DNA of 64,000 nucleotides from positions 4,896,001-4,960,000 of the forward strand of contig OZ244744.1 in assembly GCA_965219455.1 (NCBI GenBank), written 5' to 3'. This DNA comes from Candidatus Latescibacterota bacterium (lineage in GTDB: Bacteria > Latescibacterota > UBA2968 > GCA-2709665). A program made the position numbers and the translations under genes. A model generated the notes under the pieces. That model was not told the DNA's origin and made no database searches. It saw only the letters and a list, made by a program, of their open reading frames with translations. Of the stretch, positions 56,690-64,000 are shown in pieces (within the stretch, counting starts at the first letter, position 1; each line of letters opens with the position of its first letter).

Positions 56690-59600
56690 ATGACCGTCTC
56701 CGACACCACTGAACGCGGGCTTGAACGCCTGATTTGCACCGCCTTGACAGGCCAGGGCTGCGAGGCCCCCGCTGCAGGCACCGTGGGAGAACCGCCCGTG
56801 GGTTATGGCGGTGTCGGCTGGAGTTGCGGCAATCCCCACGACTACGACCGTGAGTACTGCGTCGATCTGGTGCAACTGTCGGCATTCCTGCGCGACACCC
56901 AGCCCGAAGCCGCCGAGGCGTTGACGCTTTCCGAAGAAGGTCCGGTGCGACGTGCGTTTCTGACCCGGCTTCAGGGCGAAATCAGCAAGCGCGGCACCAT
57001 CGACGTGCTTCGCAACGGGATCAAGCACCAATCGTTCCACCTGGATCTGTTCTACGGCACCCCGTCGGCCGGCAACCCGCAGGCACAGGAGTTGTTCGAG
57101 CAGAACCGTTTTACCGTCACGCGGCAGCTTCGCTACAGCCGGGACGAGGCGCAGCGGGCGCTGGACATAGGTCTGTTCATCAATGGTCTGCCGGTGTTCA
57201 CGTTTGAGCTGAAAAACAGCCTCACCAAACAGACGGTGGACGATGCGGTCTGGCAGTACCGAAAGGACCGGAACCCTCGCGAAAAGTTGTTTGAATTCGG
57301 GCGATGCATGGTGCACTTCGCATTGGATGAGCGCGAGGTGCGTTTTTTTTTTGTACACACCTGAAGGGTAAGGCGTCCTGGTTTCTTCCCTTTAACCGCG
57401 GCTGGAACGACGGCGCGGGCAACCCGCCCAACCCGCACGGTCTTTCGGTCTCCTATCTCTGGCGTGAAGTACTCACGCGGGAGAGTCTCACCAACATCCT
57501 CGAGAATTACGCCCAGGTGGTGGCGTCGAAGGACGAAAAGAGCGGCAGGAAGCGGAGTACCCAAATCTGGCCGCGCTTCCATCAGCTCGACGTGGTGCGC
57601 CGTCTGCTGGCCGACGCGGGCGCCCGCGGTGCAGGTCAGCGCTATCTGATCCAGCATTCCGCAGGCAGCGGCAAGAGCAACTCCATCGCCTGGCTCGCCC
57701 ATCAACTGATCCGGCTGGAGAAGGACGATGCTCCCGTTTTCGACTCAATTATCGTCGTAACGGACAGGCTCATCCTGGACCGTCAGATCCGCGACACAAT
57801 CAAACAATACGCCCAGGTGGCGGCAACGGTAGGGCATGCCGACGGCTCGGGCGATCTGCGCCGGTTCATCGAAAGCGGCAAAAAGATTATCATTTCCACC
57901 GTCCAGAAGTTCCCTTTCATTCTGGACGAGATCGGCAACGAGCAGCGTGGGAGGCGCTTCGCCATCATCATCGACGAAGCCCACTCAAGCCAGGGGGGCC
58001 GCACCAGCGCAGCCATGGCGCAGGCGCTGTCGGAAGCCGGCGAAGAAGACGATCTGGATACCTTTGAGGACCGGATCAACCGCCTGATGGAGTCACGAAA
58101 GCTCCTTCCCAACGCCAGTTACTTCGCGTTTACCGCCACGCCCAAAAACAAGACGCTCGAGATCTTTGGCGCCGCGGACCCGCAGCCCGACGGTACGGTG
58201 AGGCATCTCGCCTTCCATAGCTACACGATGAAGCAGGCGGTCCAGGAAGGATTTATCCTCGACGTACTCGCACACTACACGCCGGTGGCGAGTTACTACA
58301 AGCTTGCGAAGACGGTTGAGGAGGATCCCGAATTCGACGTTCGGAAGGCGCAGAAGAAGCTGCGTCGTTTCGTGGAGGGCAGCGATCACGCGATTCGGCT
58401 CAAGGCCGAGATCATGGTCGACCATTTTCATGACCAGGTGCTGAAGCAGGGAAAGATCGGCGGCGCGGCGCGGGCGATGGTTGTCACAAATGGCATCGAG
58501 CGCGCGATCCAGTACTTCCATGCCATCCGCGACTATCTCAGGGAGCGCAAGAGCTCTTACGAGGCTCTGGTCGCCTTCTCCGGCGAGCACGACTACGGTG
58601 GCGCCAGGGTAAGCGAGGCGTCGCTGAACGGTCTGCCTTCCTCCCGGATCGCCAAGCGATTCCAGGAGGATCCATACCGGTTCCTGGTGTGCGCTGACAA
58701 GTTTCAAACCGGCTACGATGAGCCCCTGCTGCACACGATGTACGTGGACAAGACGCTGTCAGGAATAAGGGCCGTGCAGACTCTGTCTCGCCTCAACCGG
58801 GCGCATCCCAGGAAACACGACGTGTTCGTGCTCGACTTTTTCAACGACACCGACACCATTCGCGAAGCGTTCGCGGACTTTTACCGGGCGACGATCCTGG
58901 CCGACGAGACCGACCCCAACAAGCTGCACGACCTGCAGGCGGACCTGGACGGCGCGCAGGTCTATTCCGAGGTGCAGATCGACGAGTTTGTCCGGCGCTA
59001 CCTGGACGGCGAGGAACGCGACCGTCTCGATCCGATCCTGGACGCGTGCGTAGCGGTCTATCGGCGGGAGCTGGACGAAGACGGCCAGGTCGCGTTCAAA
59101 GGTAAGGCCAAAGCCTTCGTGCGAACCTACGCCTTTCTTTCTTCCATCCTACCATACAACGACCCCGCATGGGAAAAGCGTTCGATTTTCCTCAACTTCC
59201 TGGTCCCGAAGTTGCCGGCTCCCGAGGAAGAGGATCTCTCCAAAGGTGTCCTCGATGCGATCGATCTCGACAGCTACCGGGTTGAGAAGCAGGCAATGCA
59301 ACGGATCCTGTTGGCGGACGAGGATGCCGAGATCGATCCGGTACCGGCAGCCGGCGGAGGGCATTACCCGGAGCCGGAATTGGATCGACTCTCCAACATA
59401 CTTCGGGTCTTCAACGAGCATTTTGGCGACATTCAATGGGAAGATGAGGACCGCGTGCAGCAACTCATCTTAGAGACCATACCGGCCCGCGTCGCCGCCG
59501 ACACCGCGTTCCGAAATGCACGCGAAAACTCCGACCGCCAGAATGCCCGGATCGAGCACGACAAGGCGCTGGTTCGGGTGATGACTGGAGTGATGAAAGA

Positions 59601-59700
59601 CGACACCGAACTGTTCAAACTGTACATGGATAACCCGGGCTTCAAGCGCTGGATGGCCGATACCGTTTTCGATCTCGCCTACGAACCGGCAGGTACGTAA
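56690..59700 (+). pseudogene. hsdR: Type I RM restriction subunit HsdR, frameshifted at a T10 tract
   Basis: LDIGLFINGLPVFTFELKN nuclease, HSAGSGKS, IIDEAH, FTATP, TGYDEP, QTLSRLNR; frame changes at 57343-57352. Confidence 0.9.
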
Positions 59701-59780
59701 CGAGCGCGATCAGCCTTCGAGTCCCGCTTGAAATCTGGGAATGTTGCATAAAACAGGGTTTACGCAACACTTAGTTCGAC

Positions 59781-59820
59781 TCCCCCTCTCCTCGCAGGAG
59801 AGGGGGCTGGGGGGAGAGGT
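59781..59820. repeat. CCCCTCTCC...GGAGAGGGG palindromic repeat
   Basis: CCCCCTCTCCT-CGC-AGGAGAGGGGG followed by CTGGGGGGAGAGG, between convergent hsdR and rhaA. Confidence 0.65.
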
Positions 59821-59826
59821 TCTTCT

Positions 59827-61116
59827 TTATCCCCGGCTGAACAGCACCTGATTCTCGTAGGCTTCCATTTCCGGAATCCAGGCGGCGCCGGGCGGCGCGC
59901 CGGTCTTGAGGCAGGTCATGTCCCAGACGGCCGGGAAGGGCATCGTTTTCATCTCTTCCATCAGGGCCAGCTTTTGCGCCAGTTTGCCTTCCCGTTCCAG
60001 TTCCTGCAGTCGTTGCGTGGGATCCAGCAGCGCGTAGAGAATGGCTTTCCGGGTGGCCCGGGTGCCGATCACGTAGGCGCCGATGCGGTTGATGCTGGCG
60101 TCGAAGAAGTCCAGGGCCACGTAGACGCGGTCCAGGGCGTCGCACCGGACAATTTCCAGAAAGACGTTGCGTACGTCGTCGCCAAAAAGCACCACGTGGT
60201 CCGAGTCCCAGCGTATGGGCCGGCTGGTGTGGATGAGCAGCTTGTCATGGAAGGGCAGGTGCGCGGAGATCTTGTCCGCAATGGATTCCGTCGGGTGAAA
60301 GTGGCCCATGTCCAGGCAGAGGACCACGCCGCGGGACAGGGCGTAGTTCGCGTAGAAGTCGTTCGAACCCGCCGTGTAGTCTTCCACGCCCAGGCCGAAG
60401 AGTTTGCCCTCAACGGCATCCACGCATGCCGGTCCGATTTCCAGTGCGGGGTCCAGGACGGCGTCCAGAGAATCCATCAGGCGTTTGCGGGGTCCGACGC
60501 GGTCCGCGGGATGGTCTTTGGCGCCGTCGGGTAGCCAGTGGTTGTTCACGCACTCGTCACCCAGCGCAATGCCGATGGCTTCAGCGATCCGCCGGCTGGC
60601 AATGCCGTGGCGGATCCAGAATTCGCGGGTCTCTTTGTCCGGATGGGCCAGGGTGTACCCGTCATTCGCTTTCGGATGTGCGAAATACGTGGGGTTGAAG
60701 TCCAGCCCGACCCGATTTTCCTTCGCCCAGGACACCCAGCCGGCGAAGTGTTCGGGTTCCAGGCGGTCCCGGTCCACGACTTCACCGCCCGTGTCGCCGT
60801 AGGACGCGTGGACGTTTGCGCGGTGCTGTCCCGGCAACAGGCCGATCACCTGTTTCAGGTCGGCCCGCAGTTCATCCCCGTTTCTCGCCCGGCCCGGATA
60901 GTTTCCGGTGGCCATAATGCCGCCGCCTTCCACGGCTTCATCCTTCGTCTCAAACCCCGCCACGTCGTCGGCCTGCCAGCAGTGAAGCGAGATGGGCACG
61001 TCGGCAGCCTTCTCTACGGCTTCATGCGCGTTTACACCGAGTGCGGCGTACTGTTCGGCGGCGTTCTGGTAGCTGGATTCAATCTGCGAATCCGTCATTG
61101 GGTTGCCATACGTCAT
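59827..61116 (-). CDS. rhaA: L-rhamnose isomerase
   Basis: ISLHCWQADDV, TGNYPGRAR, DFNPT, LDMGHFHPTE, SRPIRWDSDHVV, LDFFDASINRI; start at 61116 or 61098. Confidence 0.95.
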   Translation of the reverse strand: MTYGNPMTDSQIESSYQNAAEQYAALGVNAHEAVEKAADVPISLHCWQADDVAGFETKDEAVEGGGIMATGNYPGRARNGDELRADLKQVIGLLPGQHRANVHASYGDTGGEVVDRDRLEPEHFAGWVSWAKENRVGLDFNPTYFAHPKANDGYTLAHPDKETREFWIRHGIASRRIAEAIGIALGDECVNNHWLPDGAKDHPADRVGPRKRLMDSLDAVLDPALEIGPACVDAVEGKLFGLGVEDYTAGSNDFYANYALSRGVVLCLDMGHFHPTESIADKISAHLPFHDKLLIHTSRPIRWDSDHVVLFGDDVRNVFLEIVRCDALDRVYVALDFFDASINRIGAYVIGTRATRKAILYALLDPTQRLQELEREGKLAQKLALMEEMKTMPFPAVWDMTCLKTGAPPGAAWIPEMEAYENQVLFSRG

Positions 61117-61225
61117 GCATGTTCTCCCGGATGAAAAATTCGTCGTCGCTCGAGTCCCCTTCCGGCCCCAGTCTTCGCCCGATTCCCAGCCGCGATTCCG
61201 GCCCCGTCGTGTCTCCCTGGCCAGG

Positions 61226-62365
61226 TCAGTCATGCCCCACCGGTTCGCCCGACTTCACCGTAGCCAGCGGTTCCCAGGATCCTCCCGGGCGTTCGACGCC
61301 GAGCACGTCGGACAAACGTCCATCGGGATTCCACTGCAAGACGGCCAGATCGGCGCAAGCACCGGGCGCCAGCGTGCCGGCTTCTCCCTCCAGCCCCAGC
61401 AATGCCGCCGGGCGGGCGGTTGCCCGCGCAAGGACTTCGCCTTCGGGCATGCCCGCGGCGATGTATTTTGACATCGTTCCCGGCAGGTGGTGGGGCGGAT
61501 CGGCGCTAACGTGAGCTCTGTACTGGTCGGTAGAAATCGTGTCGGGGTAGAATCCCTCGGCGATGGCCTGTTCGACGTGGGCGAAGCTGAAGGACTGTGC
61601 CCCGTGGCAGCCGTCGAACAGAACCCCCCGGTCTCTAGCCTCCCAGACGGCCCGCCGGACCCTTCCGCCTGCGATGATGTTGTCCGGACGGGGGCTGAAC
61701 GTATACGTGAAGAGGTCTCCCGCCCGAAGGCGCGGCAACTGTTCCTCGAGGGGGAAGTCGACGTTGAAGCGCGGTCCGTAAAGGATGGGGCGGCCGCTGC
61801 GTTCGGCCGCTTCGACGCCCCGGCGCAGGATCTCTCTCGGGTCGTGGGGGAGGGAGGGTTCGAGTAACGTGTTGAACGCGATGCCCCAGATCTCGTCCCC
61901 CGCGCCCGCGATGGTATCGACACAGAGGTCGACGTCCGCGTTCTCGAGTCGTTCGAAACAGTGATCCGGCGGCGATTCGCCGTATTTGGAGAGGTGCAGG
62001 GCGAGCCGCACCCGGGTGCGGCTTCCGTGAATAACCTCGTCCCGATAGGCAGGCCAGTTGAGGGCGCCGGCGTCCCCCTGCGACATACACGTGGTGACCC
62101 CTCGCGGGAGAAAGTGAACGTCGGGATCGACGCCGAACCGCGAACCGCCCCTGGCCGGATGGGCGTGGATATCCACCAGACCCGGCAGGAGCAGGGCGTC
62201 CGGCAAGTCAAGGGTGTGCGACGCGGTCCCTCTTACGTTCGGGCCTGAGGCCACGATGCGGTCACCCCGTACGGCGACGGCGCCCGGTCCGTCCAGGCCG
62301 GTCTCGGCGCAGAAGACGCGGCCGGCTGAAATCAGCAGGTCATATTTGGCGTCAGGTGTGGACAT
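61226..62365 (-). CDS. Amidohydrolase (dihydroorotase/deacetylase-like)
   Basis: PGLVDIHAH, GVTT, HGAQSFSF, PDTISTD, GTLAPGACADLAV. Confidence 0.85.
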   Translation of the reverse strand: MSTPDAKYDLLISAGRVFCAETGLDGPGAVAVRGDRIVASGPNVRGTASHTLDLPDALLLPGLVDIHAHPARGGSRFGVDPDVHFLPRGVTTCMSQGDAGALNWPAYRDEVIHGSRTRVRLALHLSKYGESPPDHCFERLENADVDLCVDTIAGAGDEIWGIAFNTLLEPSLPHDPREILRRGVEAAERSGRPILYGPRFNVDFPLEEQLPRLRAGDLFTYTFSPRPDNIIAGGRVRRAVWEARDRGVLFDGCHGAQSFSFAHVEQAIAEGFYPDTISTDQYRAHVSADPPHHLPGTMSKYIAAGMPEGEVLARATARPAALLGLEGEAGTLAPGACADLAVLQWNPDGRLSDVLGVERPGGSWEPLATVKSGEPVGHD

Positions 62366-62457
62366 CGATCGCTCCCGTTCGGGGCAAATTGCAGATCAAT
62401 GGGAACCAGATTGGACTCGGGCACCCGGGTGGGCCACGGGGATCAGCATTGGAATGA

Positions 62458-63348
62458 TTACCGGGAGTCCCGGGTCCAGTGGTTTTGTCGAACAAGCGGC
62501 GCCCAGCCGAACCGCCCGTAAAACCTCCCGGCTCCCGCTTCTTCGTCATCTCTCGCAACGCTCAACACAATCCGGCTGCACCCGGACAGGCGCAGCCATT
62601 CAACGGCATGGCGCATCACCCATGAACCGAGACCCCGGTTTCGCATCGCTTCGCTTGTCTCCACTTCCGAGAGTTCCGCCCATCCGGAAAGTGCAGGCAA
62701 CTGCCCGCCCTTGGTGAGATCCGCAACACATTCAACGTATGCAACGTCCCGTCCTTCCAACCGCGCCACGAATCGTGTGCTGAATTTCCCCAGGTCGCGA
62801 TGAATCGATACGCCCTCTACGGGGGGTTCGCCTGGAGATGGAATTCCGTCCAGGGTACCGCCGTAGACGGATTCATCGACTTCCGCATTGGATGAATAGC
62901 CGAATTGCCCCAGCATGAGGCCTATGTGTGGCCAGACATGGGGCAAGCCGACACAAACCGGTACCGGCAACGGTCCTGAAATCTGCTGATCCGTTGCCTG
63001 CCAGGCGTTCATCTGGCACAGGCATTCCTTCAGAATCGCCTCGCCGGCGGTACGCTCCCGGGGCCAGAACAGCATCCAGGCGACTTCCGCAGTTCCCTTC
63101 CAGCGCGTATCGTCTCCGTATCGAAGGATATGGGCTGCGGCGCAGACGCGGTCGTTGACGACGCCGACGATGGATTTTCTTTCCGCGACCCATGGATCGG
63201 TTACCCACTCGGCCGGATTCCTCTTCAGGCGCTCCCAGAAGTAGCAGGCCGTCAGGGCCCACCCGGGAACCACGGCGCCAAGATGCGCGTTAACGAGATC
63301 CATAACCTGGGGCAGATGGTCTCTTTCCAGCGTCTCTATTTTCGCCAT
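62458..63348 (-). CDS. GNAT-family acetyltransferase
   Basis: MRNRGLGSWV acetyl-CoA motif, RFYGRFGW. Confidence 0.82.
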   Translation of the reverse strand: MAKIETLERDHLPQVMDLVNAHLGAVVPGWALTACYFWERLKRNPAEWVTDPWVAERKSIVGVVNDRVCAAAHILRYGDDTRWKGTAEVAWMLFWPRERTAGEAILKECLCQMNAWQATDQQISGPLPVPVCVGLPHVWPHIGLMLGQFGYSSNAEVDESVYGGTLDGIPSPGEPPVEGVSIHRDLGKFSTRFVARLEGRDVAYVECVADLTKGGQLPALSGWAELSEVETSEAMRNRGLGSWVMRHAVEWLRLSGCSRIVLSVARDDEEAGAGRFYGRFGWAPLVRQNHWTRDSR

Positions 63349-63515
63349 ATTTCCATCCGGCGGAGGTTAGTTCGCCCGAATCCGACCCAATGTATACCAG
63401 CGCATCAACGGAATTTTGAGGGGTGTCCGTTCACCGTGCGTCTCGGCGGCCGAATTTCGGCAATCCATTTCCGGGGCTGAATACGAGGCGGGCTTCATGT
63501 TCGTGTATCGGGAAT

Positions 63516-63998
63516 TCATTTACACGCGCTCAAACGCATCCCGCCTATCTTTAAAACGCTGCCGCCGGTACGTGCGCACTCGATTGAGACGTTCGCCAGA
63601 GAAGCTTCCGCCGGCACCACGACAGTCGCGCGTTGTTCGGTCCATCCGGGGTTTTCCACGGAAAACGTGAGTTTCTCCATCGTTCCGACTTCGAAGAACC
63701 TGAACGTTGCCTCAATGGTACCCCCCGGCTGCCCGCATGTCCGGACCGAAAAGGTATTTGCGCCCTTTTCCAGACCACCCAATCTATCCACTTTGCAGAT
63801 CGTTCCGGCATTCTGTACCGCAAGAAAAACGCCGTCGCCATCGGGCCCGCCGCCGCTCCGGACCAACTCCGCCGACAATGGATCGTACCCATCGGGAGTA
63901 CCGTCTAAATCCAGATCGACACCCAGTTCGGGAAACACATTCACTTCGGGATCCGGACTCATATGATAGAGAACCTCTGCCCACTCAGTATAGGTCCT
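63516..63998 (-). CDS. Hypothetical protein, 5' partial
   Basis: Frame is open to the window edge (RTYTEWAEVLYHMSPDP...); beta-sandwich-like C-terminus. Confidence 0.65.
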   Translation of the reverse strand, partial: RTYTEWAEVLYHMSPDPEVNVFPELGVDLDLDGTPDGYDPLSAELVRSGGGPDGDGVFLAVQNAGTICKVDRLGGLEKGANTFSVRTCGQPGGTIEATFRFFEVGTMEKLTFSVENPGWTEQRATVVVPAEASLANVSIECARTGGSVLKIGGMRLSACK

Positions 63999-64000
63999 TA

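Overview
GC-rich bacterial chromosomal window. The gene content (stand-alone GroES-like, DUF4837-like lipoprotein, large HhH/ComEA-like protein) suggests an FCB-group organism such as Latescibacterota, but this is inference only. 1-37.6 kb is mostly housekeeping and metabolic: tRNA-Cys, tRNA-Leu, a CusCBA-type metal efflux operon with an HMA protein and ferritin, accD, aroQ and several catabolic enzymes. 37.5-59.7 kb is a defence-like island made of two diverged tandem copies of a type I restriction-modification locus, each beginning with the 3' end of the FAD-oxidoreductase gene. In copy A (37.5-45.6 kb) the hsd genes are reduced to fragments while several toxin-antitoxin (TA) modules stay intact. 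Copy B (45.6-59.7 kb) has HsdM fused in frame to a PIN nuclease, an intact hsdS, a HEPN-like gene in the hsdS-hsdR slot, and hsdR broken by a T10 tract. The island also holds seven GTAG-type REP palindromes, a split and permuted RAYT transposase, and repeated short copies of hsd gene ends in front of different cargo genes. 59.8-64 kb is metabolic again (rhaA, amidohydrolase, GNAT). No CRISPR array, rRNA or integrase was seen. All family calls come from motif recognition by eye, not database searches.
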